64,000 nt of DNA from an uncultured candidate division Zixibacteria bacterium (GTDB lineage Bacteria; Zixibacteria; MSB-5A5; UBA10806). The position numbers and the translations under genes are program-made. Positions 50,962 to 59,646 of the stretch are shown here, piece after piece. Positions within the stretch are counted from its first letter, which is position 1. Each line of letters opens with the position of its first letter. Location of the stretch: NCBI GenBank assembly GCA_963801605.1, contig CAWDFP010000006.1, positions 1,376,001 through 1,440,000 of the forward strand. The letters run 5' to 3'. The notes beneath the pieces are model-generated. The model had not been told where the DNA came from. It saw nothing but the letters and a program-made list of their open reading frames with translations, and made no database searches.

Positions 50962-51075
50962 ATGAAAACCCTGAAGGAGATTACCGTCGAGTTAGACTTG
51001 CTTTTTGCAAGGCTGTTCAACATGGACGATAAGGTAGAAATGCTGGAACAGCAAATTGGGGGAGTATCAGTCTGA
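50962..51075 (+). CDS. Short helical/coiled-coil ORF; may continue to ~51168 via a frameshift in the G5 run at 51058-51062
   Basis: GAGG before ATG; first ORF after promoter copy 1; the shifted frame reads EYQSDYLEELDNSKAEQKQ... Confidence 0.35.
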   Translation: MKTLKEITVELDLLFARLFNMDDKVEMLEQQIGGVSV

Positions 51076-51516
51076 TTATCTGGAGGAACTCGATAATTCT
51101 AAGGCGGAGCAAAAACAAATTGTAATTGATTCAAAAAATATAAGTAAGGAATATTGGGGTACCTTGTAGAGTATTTCAAAATTCAATTGCCATTTATCAT
51201 GATGCAATTTGGCATAATTTATTAATGGTTCATAGAGAAATAAAATAAGGACATTGTTCGAATCTACATAACCGGGATCAAGGAGCGGTAGGGCGTTCTC
51301 TGGAAACCCATGAGGGGTCTTTAGAGAAATAATATTCCCTGGAATGAGGGGAAATTTCCAGGGAAAAGATCCCCCGAGAAGCTGATAAGGCTTCCGGGGG
51401 AGTAAATAAGACTCAGGAATAAATCAAGATCGGGAAATTATAAATGCTCCCACAGCCAAGTTGTATTCGTCCGAACGCCCGTACGTATGCCTAACAATTA
51501 ATAGATAGGATTTTCC

Positions 51517-52056
51517 ATGACCTATGAAACGATAGGGAAAAATGAACTCCAAGACGAGGCCCTATTAAATCTGGATGCTATCTGGCAAACAGCTCTATGG
51601 TTCGCCAATAGCGACCACGAAGCTGAAGACCTGGTTATGAATACCTACGTGAAAGCCTCTACGTTTTGGGTTGATACTATTTCCAAAGACGGCTGTAAGG
51701 CCCAATTGTTCAAGGTTTTGATGAAGTTGCTCTTTGGAAAAACCCGGCTGAATTTCCGCGCACATTCATCCGTCAGTTTCGAAAATATGCATGATTCAAT
51801 ACCACCAGATAAAGTTTCAGAATTCGAGACAATTCCCAGGGACGTGATAATTGGGGCCATCAAGGGGCTTCCGGTAGAAATTCGCCTGGTTATGGTATTA
51901 TCGATTTTTGAAAAGTTCTCATATCAAAAGATCGCCGAAATATTAGGCGTTCATAAGAAGGCTGTAAGACTAAATATATATCAAGGATATATGCTTCTTC
52001 GACGAGATATCATCGATTCTTTTGCTGCGGGGAATAATAAAATGGCAGTTGGATGA
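51517..52056 (+). CDS. Divergent ECF-type sigma factor-like protein
   Basis: EAL..LDA....AL......EAEDLV..TY.KA (region 2) and LP...R....L...E.FSY..IAEILG (region 4). Confidence 0.72.
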   Translation: MTYETIGKNELQDEALLNLDAIWQTALWFANSDHEAEDLVMNTYVKASTFWVDTISKDGCKAQLFKVLMKLLFGKTRLNFRAHSSVSFENMHDSIPPDKVSEFETIPRDVIIGAIKGLPVEIRLVMVLSIFEKFSYQKIAEILGVHKKAVRLNIYQGYMLLRRDIIDSFAAGNNKMAVG

Positions 52057-52089
52057 TACCAAAGAATCAAATTCGCAAGGGGGCAATCT

Positions 52090-52471
52090 GTGACGAAATA
52101 CGTGGAACTCGATAGACTTAGACCTAACAGTTGGTTTCTTAATAGGAAAAAGGTTGAAATTGTCCGCCAAATTTGGCGCGAAGGGAAGCAGCATCATCTC
52201 CATTGCTATACTTGTAACCACCATCGATAACGAACTAAGTTTGCTTGATGGCCATTGCCGGGCTTTTGTAGCCTGGGAAAATGGAGCTTTAGAAATTCAG
52301 GCGAATATTGTATCACTCGACCAGGTCAGCGGCCCCACGGAATTATATATTATCTTTCATCATCAAGCGCCCAGCGTCGGTATTCGAAATGTTCATGATC
52401 TAGGCAAAAGAATATATGATTTGTCTGATACAACCGACCCTGACATCGCGATTGCAATTACAGACGTATAA
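52090..52471 (+). CDS. ParB/Srx-like domain protein, frameshifted near 52200
   Basis: GTG at 52090 reads TKYVELDRLRPNSWFLN...; the next frame reads ILVTTIDNELSLLDGHCRA (DGHxR motif). Confidence 0.5.
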
Positions 52472-52539
52472 GTTGGAAATATAAGCCTTAGTTGCAATAG
52501 AATATTCAATGCGCAAATACATAATATTTGGATAATTAA

Positions 52540-52566
52540 AAAGGCCAGGCAAATTGCCTGGCCTTT
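52540..52566. terminator. Probable bidirectional terminator between convergent genes
   Basis: AAAGGCCAGGCAA/TTGCCTGGCCTTT stem with A/T flanks. Confidence 0.75.
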
Positions 52567-52601
52567 AATAATTCCATCTATGTGAGTGAAATTACATGCT
52601 G

Positions 52602-52877
52602 TTAATAGCGGGAACCGCGGTCGCGGTTGTCTGTGCGTGGACGAGCCTCGCTGACAGTTATCGAACGACCATCGAGATCCTTGCCATTAAGATTGAGAAT
52701 GGCTGCGTCGGCTTCAGTTTTATTCGGCATTTCAATAAAGCCGAACCCCTTTGACTCGCCGCTCATCTTGTCTTTGATAATGTTGGCGGTCGAAACCTGG
52801 CCATGGCTTTCAAACGCCTGTCGAAGGCTGTCAACTTGTGTCTGGTGTGATAGATTTCCGATGAATATATTCATCAT
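52602..52877 (-). CDS. RRM-domain RNA-binding protein
   Basis: RNP2 IFIGNL, RNP1 KGFGFIEM, LNG..LDGR.I.V.EARP. Confidence 0.93.
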   Translation of the reverse strand: MMNIFIGNLSHQTQVDSLRQAFESHGQVSTANIIKDKMSGESKGFGFIEMPNKTEADAAILNLNGKDLDGRSITVSEARPRTDNRDRGSRY

Positions 52878-53132
52878 TTCTCCTTTTTTCGTTCATCTCG
52901 CGACTTGCATCGATTAAGACGCACATTCTGGCAAAATAAACAGATTCTTGCGCGTTATTGCGCTTGACTCCGGGATTAATATTTTGCCAAGGATTGGGTG
53001 TTAGGCAAGGCTTGAGAAAACTTAATTAGGGAGGTCGTTAACATAATGATAATAACTATTAGATTCTTGAATGTCAAGGAATATCTTCTGGTTATAACAG
53101 ACAAATCAACCTTTGAGACTTAACACAAAAAC

Positions 53133-54075
53133 TCAACTTTGTTGTTCAAGCCATTTTAGGATGACACTTAAGCTTCCGGTTGCCAGTGCAATGCTCGAAT
53201 CCGCCGCTCCATAATATAGGTGAATGGTATCACCATCCGGAGCAATTGTGCAGCCACACGGGAATACAACGTTATCGACATCACCGCGCTGTTCGTATGG
53301 TTTTACCGGACCGAATATCCATTCGTCGCCTCGTTTAAGGCACTTTTCCGGCGCTTGTAAATCAAACAACGCCAGGCCAAGCCGATAAATTGCGCCAGCT
53401 GCATTTTGTCGAACACCGTGATAGATTACAAGCCAACCTCTTTCCGTTTCGATGGGCGGAGACGAGAGTCCGATTTTATTTGCATCCCACCATCCACCAA
53501 GCCGAGCTTCCAACATCATTTTATGATTACCCCATTGACGCAAATCGGAAGAATAGGAAATCCACATGTGCGCCCCTGGCGAACTTACCGGACGGTGGAT
53601 CAAGGCCCAATTTCCGTCAATCCGATGCGGCAAAAGAGCCGCGTCTTTATCTTCCGGCTGCATAATTAAACCGTATCGTTCAAAGTGTCGAAAATCTTCT
53701 GTGAGGGCCAGGGCTACACCTGGCGCCATCACGCGTGTAGGCAGTGTATACGACGGCGTAATTCCTTAATTCTGGTACATAAGTAATGCGCGGATCTTCA
53801 ATGCCCCACAATTCTTCCGGAAAACGTTCGGGATCGGCCATTAAAGTGGGCTGTGAATCAATTTTCCAGTTATCGATGCCGTTGGCTGAGCGGGCCGCGC
53901 ATAAGTGAGAATGACCTCGACGATCTTCCACTCGACACAACAACAGAGTGGTTCCATCCGGCAACAATACCGCTCCAGGGTTGAATACGCTATGCACTGG
54001 GTAAGGCCAGTCGGCGGCGGTTAGGATTGGGTTTAGATTATGGCGAATAAATAATTCGGGATATTGATTGCTCAT
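53133..54075 (-). CDS. GH130-family glycosidase/phosphorylase, split by one frameshift near 53725
   Basis: VFNPGA, GIEDPRI, DKDAAL, KIG...PPIET..GWL.IYHGV, GDV.NVVFP, YYGAAD; junction reads RDG|PGVALA if one base is removed; TAATG coupling to the upstream gene. Confidence 0.85.
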
Positions 54076-56354
54076 TATGATCCTATCTCTGTGGTTAGAA
54101 GGGGATTTTCTGCCAGTCGCAATTCCAGCAATGATTGAAGAAAGGCCAGAGTCGATTCCGCGCCTTGATTCTCGTTTGGTCGGTCAGGATGCAAGCCATC
54201 CCTGCAGCCGCCTGTTGTTGGGTCGTAAAGCGGAAGGTTCAAGTCGTTGCGCCCAAGAAACCATTCGAAGGCGCGACGGGCTTCTTTACGCCATTGTTTA
54301 TCGCCAGTGGTCCTAAAAGCTTCGAGACAAGCGGATACCATCGCCTGAGCTTCTATCGGCTGCTGATCGAATCGAGCGCGCTCGCCATCTTGATGATAAA
54401 AGCCATTAGATCCGATCGGAACAAAGTGCCCGGCTTTGGAGCGCTGCAGATCAGCCAGCCAGTGGAGTGCCTCAAGTGCATTCTCAATCATGGCGGTATT
54501 CGGAATCCATTGGCCGCACATAAGCATCGCGTGCGGCAAGGCAGCGTTACAGTAGGTCAGCTTGTCTTCATACCAACGCCATTTCTCCGAACTATTACTT
54601 TTATACATTGCCAGCAACCGCCCGGATAATTCCTCCCTGACCTGGTTGGCTCTACTGTCTCCGGTAAACCGTTGCAGGTATTCATGAATTCCGATAAGCG
54701 CGAAGGCCCAGGCTCGAGGGCTGGTCGTGTTGATAATTGCGGGCAAAGCCTGCTCAAACAACCGACCGGCCATACTCTGTAAGGACGGTATGTTCGAGCG
54801 TCCGAGGACTGTGCCCAACGCCCATAGTGTACGACCATGGCTATCATCCGATCCATTGACTTCCAGCCAATTACGCTGGTAATCCATAAAATTGCGGAAG
54901 TATCCCGTTTCAGTATTAAAGGCATACCAAATAAAAGCAAGATAACGAGTGGCAAATTCAGTGGCCTCCTCATTTCCAGTTGCTTCCAAAAGAGCGCTTA
55001 CCATCAACGCGCGGGCATTATCATCGGTGGTGTAACCCTCGATATAGTTGGGGATCGTGAAAATAGCATGCTGCAAAATGCCGGTTTCATCCGTCATGTG
55101 GCGCAAGTGGTCAATTTTAAGTGGCGGCAATTCACCTGGGCGTTTGTCTAACGGCTTGACTGCGAGCTCCTGGCGAGAAGAATGACGCCGCTCCGCTCGG
55201 GCCCGTTCAAAGCTCTCCATATAACGGCTGGCGACTTGTGGCCAGATCATATCTCGTCCAAAAACGTATGCCTTTTTGCGCATGGCATGACGCAGGGATT
55301 CATTATCCAAAAGGTTGATTACCTGATTGGCCATCGCTACTGGATCTCGGAATGGTACCAGCGCCCCGCGTCCATCTGCCAGCATTTCCTCTGCGTACCA
55401 GTAAGGAGTTGAAATGACCGCCTTTCCTGCTCCCACAGTATATGCCAGCGTACCAGACGTGATCTGGGCAGCATCGAGATATGGTGTGATATAAATATCC
55501 GCCACGCTAATGAACTGAATAAGCTCATCCAAACTGACAAAGCGATCATAAAAGATCACCTGGCCTTCTACACCTTTTTCCTGGGCCAGCCATTGCAGAG
55601 ACAGTCTATACGATTCGCCTTCATTTAGCAGTACGTGTGGATGGGTAGCACCCAGAATGATGTATACTACATTTGGGTGTTTGGCCAATATATCAGGTAA
55701 AGCGGAAATTACGTTCTCGATCCCTTTATTCGCTGATAGTAAGCCAAAGCTAAGCAGGACAATTTTACCTTCCACTCCAAACAGGTCTTTGTGAAAACTG
55801 GGATCAACAAATGGCACATCGGGTATGCCGTGTGGGATCAAGTCAATCTTACCGGGATCTACACCATATACTTCTTGCAGGAATTCAACTCCTCGAGCGC
55901 TCATAACCACCAATCGATCTGACAAAGCTGCCACTTCTTTTAATACCCGTAGCTGATTGAGATCGGGTTCGCGCAGTATTGTATGGAGGGTTGTAACAAT
56001 GGGCATCCGCAATTCGCGCAAGAGCGCTAGAATATGGCTGCCCGCCCGTCCTCCAAAAATTCCATACTCGTGTTGCAGGGATATGAGATCTACATCGTTA
56101 ATATTCAAGAAATCTGCGGCGCGGCGATAGGAATTAATATCCTTCTCCGTGAGTTCAAATCGGACGCGGGTCGGATATGAGTAACCGGCCTCGATGTCAT
56201 TGACAGGCAGAACAATGCACGTCTTTTGGCTATATTGGGTGGAAATAGCCTCGCACAAATCGGTGGTAAATGTTGCAATGCCACAATGGCGGGGCAAGTA
56301 GTTGCCGATAAATGCAATGCGATCAAGTTTCGAATTGTTTGAGCTATCATCCAT
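54075..56354 (-). CDS. GT4 glycosyltransferase fused to a C-terminal helical (glycosidase-like) domain
   Basis: PRHCGIATF, QHEYGIFGG, IPHG, FGLLS.NKGIE, QITSGTL; C-terminal YTTDDNARAL, FDQQP.EA, NENQGAESTL. Confidence 0.88.
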   Translation of the reverse strand: MDDSSNNSKLDRIAFIGNYLPRHCGIATFTTDLCEAISTQYSQKTCIVLPVNDIEAGYSYPTRVRFELTEKDINSYRRAADFLNINDVDLISLQHEYGIFGGRAGSHILALLRELRMPIVTTLHTILREPDLNQLRVLKEVAALSDRLVVMSARGVEFLQEVYGVDPGKIDLIPHGIPDVPFVDPSFHKDLFGVEGKIVLLSFGLLSANKGIENVISALPDILAKHPNVVYIILGATHPHVLLNEGESYRLSLQWLAQEKGVEGQVIFYDRFVSLDELIQFISVADIYITPYLDAAQITSGTLAYTVGAGKAVISTPYWYAEEMLADGRGALVPFRDPVAMANQVINLLDNESLRHAMRKKAYVFGRDMIWPQVASRYMESFERARAERRHSSRQELAVKPLDKRPGELPPLKIDHLRHMTDETGILQHAIFTIPNYIEGYTTDDNARALMVSALLEATGNEEATEFATRYLAFIWYAFNTETGYFRNFMDYQRNWLEVNGSDDSHGRTLWALGTVLGRSNIPSLQSMAGRLFEQALPAIINTTSPRAWAFALIGIHEYLQRFTGDSRANQVREELSGRLLAMYKSNSSEKWRWYEDKLTYCNAALPHAMLMCGQWIPNTAMIENALEALHWLADLQRSKAGHFVPIGSNGFYHQDGERARFDQQPIEAQAMVSACLEAFRTTGDKQWRKEARRAFEWFLGRNDLNLPLYDPTTGGCRDGLHPDRPNENQGAESTLAFLQSLLELRLAENPLLTTEIGS

Positions 56355-56818
56355 GCCTAAAATCTCTTTCCCTGCAACAAGCCTGCCCTTTGGCTGCTAA
56401 AGCTCTATTAACATAAAGAGGCGGTTGCTCCCGCGACTGCCCCTACAAGCACCTTAATAGACACCTGTAAATCCTTGCCAATCGGATATCGGAATTGGTT
56501 TTTATTATAATAACTAGATTCCGGCTCGAATGCAAGTCATATAACCAAGCTCCCTCGGATAGCTCAATGAAAATGAAGGGCGCCGAACAATACAATTTTT
56601 TCAATTCGAGATTAATGGCTTGATCTCAAATTTGATTTTATTCTCGAAATAGAAAGAAAATCATAAAGGCTAAAAGAAAGGCTTTCTAACAATTTTCTAA
56701 CATAACACGGCGTAATGTGGAATAAAACGGGACAATACCGGAAAAGACAGCCAGGCGTTAGTCTTTGCCCTCGTTGTCGCTTATTGTTCGGTAATGACCC
56801 GTGTTAGGTGGTTATATC

Positions 56819-56866
56819 CGGCTTATAACCCAAAGGTCCTAAGCTTAAATCCCAGCCCCGCTACCA
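56819..56866 (+). pseudogene. Degenerate 3' half of an initiator tRNA-Met (att-site-like remnant)
   Basis: CGGCTTATAACCCAAAGGTC...AAATCC...CCCCGCTACCA resembles tRNA-fMet GGGCTCATAACCCGAAGGTC...CAAATCC...CCCCGC(A/T)ACCA; no 5' half; followed by a hairpin and T-run (56871-56910). Confidence 0.7.
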
Positions 56867-57003
56867 AGTTAAGCCGCTGAGGTTCAACAACTCAAGTGGT
56901 TGCGTTTTTTAGGAACACCTTCGATTTTAGGGTTGACAATGTTACGTTAATCTTTTATTTTTTTTGTTGGGTTACCCAATAATTTCTTAAGGAGGAATTA
57001 TAG

Positions 57004-57693
57004 GTGCAGAAGATACAGGTGCTATTGTTAGAAGACAATCGCCTGCTTCGTGAAGGAATCACCAAAATGCTGAATGCCGAGGCGGATATCAAGGTGATTT
57101 CGTCTACTGACAGCGGTGACATCTTTGAGAATGCAAAAACACCGGCGCCAGATGTAGTGCTACTCGATTTAGGCCTAAAAGATCAAAACAGTCTGACGGT
57201 GGTCGAAGTAATCAGAAAACAATTTCCGACTACATATGTGGTTGTCATGGACCTGATACCGGCGCATGCGGAAATTGTTGAATTTGTCAAAGCTGGAGTT
57301 GCAGGTTTTATCCTCAAAGACGCGACTCTTGATGATTTTCTACATACGATCAGATCGGTTAGCAAAGGGGAAAAAATTCTCCCTCCTACGATGGCCGGTT
57401 CGCTTTTTTCTCAAATCATAGAGCATGCGCTTCAGGGCGGGAAAATCGAGGAATTAAAATCAGCAGTCAAAATGACCGCCCGTGAGCGGGACGTAATTAG
57501 TCATATCGCCGCCGGAAAAAGCAATAAAGAGATCGCCAGTGATCTCAATATTGCTGTTTATACGGTTAAAAGCCATTTGCACAACATCCTGGAAAAACTG
57601 GCTCTTCACACTCGTCTGGAGTTGGCGACATTCGCGCATTCACAACAAATAAGCCATAAACCATCCGCTGGAACTCCCGAAGATAGCGATTAG
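57004..57693 (+). CDS. NarL/FixJ-family response regulator, paralogue 2
   Basis: AAGGAGG before GTG; same motifs as paralogue 1. Confidence 0.9.
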   Translation: MQKIQVLLLEDNRLLREGITKMLNAEADIKVISSTDSGDIFENAKTPAPDVVLLDLGLKDQNSLTVVEVIRKQFPTTYVVVMDLIPAHAEIVEFVKAGVAGFILKDATLDDFLHTIRSVSKGEKILPPTMAGSLFSQIIEHALQGGKIEELKSAVKMTARERDVISHIAAGKSNKEIASDLNIAVYTVKSHLHNILEKLALHTRLELATFAHSQQISHKPSAGTPEDSD

Positions 57694-57707
57694 CATATCT
57701 ATCAAAA

Positions 57708-57776
57708 GAATTAATCCTTTTTTCATCCCTTCGAGCGATTGATTCTAATCGAATTGGTCGTATCCTTTACATAGAA
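57708..57776 (+). promoter_or_regulatory. Conserved island promoter module, copy 2
   Basis: CCTTTTT-TCATCC-CTTCGAGC-GATTGA; TTGATT (57739), 16 bp, TATCCT (57761), CATAGA. Confidence 0.75.
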
Positions 57777-57859
57777 ATTTATAATGCTTTGGACTTTTCC
57801 CGCTAAGCTTACCCGGCCTGGAAAGGTCATCCGCTAATTAATAAGGGGAGTGTTCAGTT

Positions 57860-58513
57860 ATGAAAAAGATAAAAGTATTGCTAATCGAAGACAATCGTCT
57901 TCTGCGAGATGGGACAACCGCACTTCTTAATGAACAAGAAGACATTCGGGCAGTTTCTTCCCCGGGTAACAAAAGTGCGCTTGAGAAAGCCAAAAAGCTG
58001 GCGCCGGATGTGGTCTTGCTCGATTTGGGCCTAAAGAGCAATAATAGTATGAGGGTGCTCGAATCAATAAAGAAACAACACCCTCAAACGGAAGTTGTCG
58101 TCATGGACTTGATCCCGGTACATTCGGAAGTTGTTGAATTTGTAAAGGCTGGAGTCGCAGGTTTTATCCTCAAAGATGCGACTCTTGATGATTTTCTACA
58201 TACGATCAGATCGGTTGTCAAGGGAGAGAAGATTTTACCTCCGACAACGGCCGGCTCGCTTTTTTCTCAAATCGTGGAGCACGCGCTGCAAAGCGGCCAA
58301 ATTGACGAGGTGATGTCTACCCTTAAAATGACCAGCAGAGAGAATGAAGTGATCAACCATATAGCCAGGGGAAAAAGCAACAATGAAATTGCAGATGCGC
58401 TCAACGTTGCAGTTCATACAATCGAAAACCATATACGTAACATTTTGGATAAGTTAGCCCTTCATACGCGCCTTGAATTGGCCACACTCACTCATATTAA
58501 AGAAGTTTTGTAA
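57860..58513 (+). CDS. NarL/FixJ-family response regulator, paralogue 3
   Basis: Same architecture as paralogues 1 and 2; recognition helix reads TIENH. Confidence 0.9.
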   Translation: MKKIKVLLIEDNRLLRDGTTALLNEQEDIRAVSSPGNKSALEKAKKLAPDVVLLDLGLKSNNSMRVLESIKKQHPQTEVVVMDLIPVHSEVVEFVKAGVAGFILKDATLDDFLHTIRSVVKGEKILPPTTAGSLFSQIVEHALQSGQIDEVMSTLKMTSRENEVINHIARGKSNNEIADALNVAVHTIENHIRNILDKLALHTRLELATLTHIKEVL

Positions 58514-58561
58514 CCGTCTGTAAAGACCAGGATAGGTTGTCGATTTATCCCTCGCTCTAAA

Positions 58562-58621
58562 GGGGTAGCTATTTTTTCAACCTTTTGGGCGATTGACCAA
58601 CCCCGGCGTATCTATTAAACT
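58562..58621 (+). promoter_or_regulatory. Conserved island promoter module, copy 3
   Basis: TTTTT-TCAACC-TTTTGGGC-GATTGA; TTGACC (58593), 17 bp, TAAACT (58616). Confidence 0.72.
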
Positions 58622-58974
58622 AAGTTAATTATACGACATTTCTATGGAGCATATCTTCCGCTAGCACAAATCGCGTATAATCGACAATTATTAATTGGTT
58701 ATTGAAACAGGCTTTACTAAAGCAATGGAAAAGAGAGACGGTTGTTTGCGTGCGATTTAGGCGGGGAGAAATCCAGGCTTGTTATTACGATGGCCATGTA
58801 GATTGCTGCACAACGTCTAAGGCAAGTATAAAAAGATCAAGTTTATGAAGGGAATGGAGGTCCTTTTTATATACTTTAAATAGATACATTAGGGTCGAAC
58901 GACCAGCCTGAATCTCGATAAGTTGAGACCGGGTTTTGATTCACAAAAACAGGTAAAACCAAAGGAAATACATC

Positions 58975-59511
58975 ATGCGTTACATACTAGCATTAATTGC
59001 GGCAGTGCTTTTTTCGAGCGCTTTAAGTGCGCCAGCAAGCGCAGAGGTTAATATCAGTGTTAACTTCAACGTGGATCGTCAACCAATTTGGGGGCCGACC
59101 GGCTACGATCATGTTGATTATTACTATCTTCCGGACATTGACATTTATTACTACGTTCCCCAGCACAGATATTTCTATTTTGAAAAAGAACAATGGAGGA
59201 ATTCCACATCGTTACCGAGCTGTTATCGGGGATTTGATTTTTACCACTCTTACAAAGTAGTAATAAACGAGCCAACCCCTTACCGTAATGACAAAATGTA
59301 TAGAGATAGATATGCTTCGTATAAAGGTCGTCACGATCAAGAGGTAATCCGCGACAGCCGCGATTCAAAATATTTTGTAAACCCAAAACATCCCGAACAT
59401 AAAAACTGGGTAAAGCAAAATAAGCAAGCCAAGAATAATGGACGGGGTAATGGCAATGATCAGGGTAATCGCAATGGAAACGATCACGGTAATAACTCCG
59501 GACGAAAGTAG
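58975..59511 (+). CDS. Exported Tyr-rich hypothetical protein with N/G-rich tail
   Basis: AAGGA RBS; signal peptide; QP.WGP.GY..V.YYYLPDI..YY. Confidence 0.75.
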   Translation: MRYILALIAAVLFSSALSAPASAEVNISVNFNVDRQPIWGPTGYDHVDYYYLPDIDIYYYVPQHRYFYFEKEQWRNSTSLPSCYRGFDFYHSYKVVINEPTPYRNDKMYRDRYASYKGRHDQEVIRDSRDSKYFVNPKHPEHKNWVKQNKQAKNNGRGNGNDQGNRNGNDHGNNSGRK

Positions 59512-59646
59512 CCGATTCGTAATGTGAGGTCTGTTTAAGGGCTTTGGCAAGTATACTGATTCCGCTTCGTCGATTTAGAGATATCGGCGAAGCGGGTTAA
59601 ATCAATTTCGGAAATCATAAAAGCTATTAAGACAGATAGAGCGAAT

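Noticed and set aside
56819..56866. Functional tRNA with UAU anticodon
   Set aside because: No pairing 5' acceptor strand or D arm and a disrupted T loop; kept only as a remnant.
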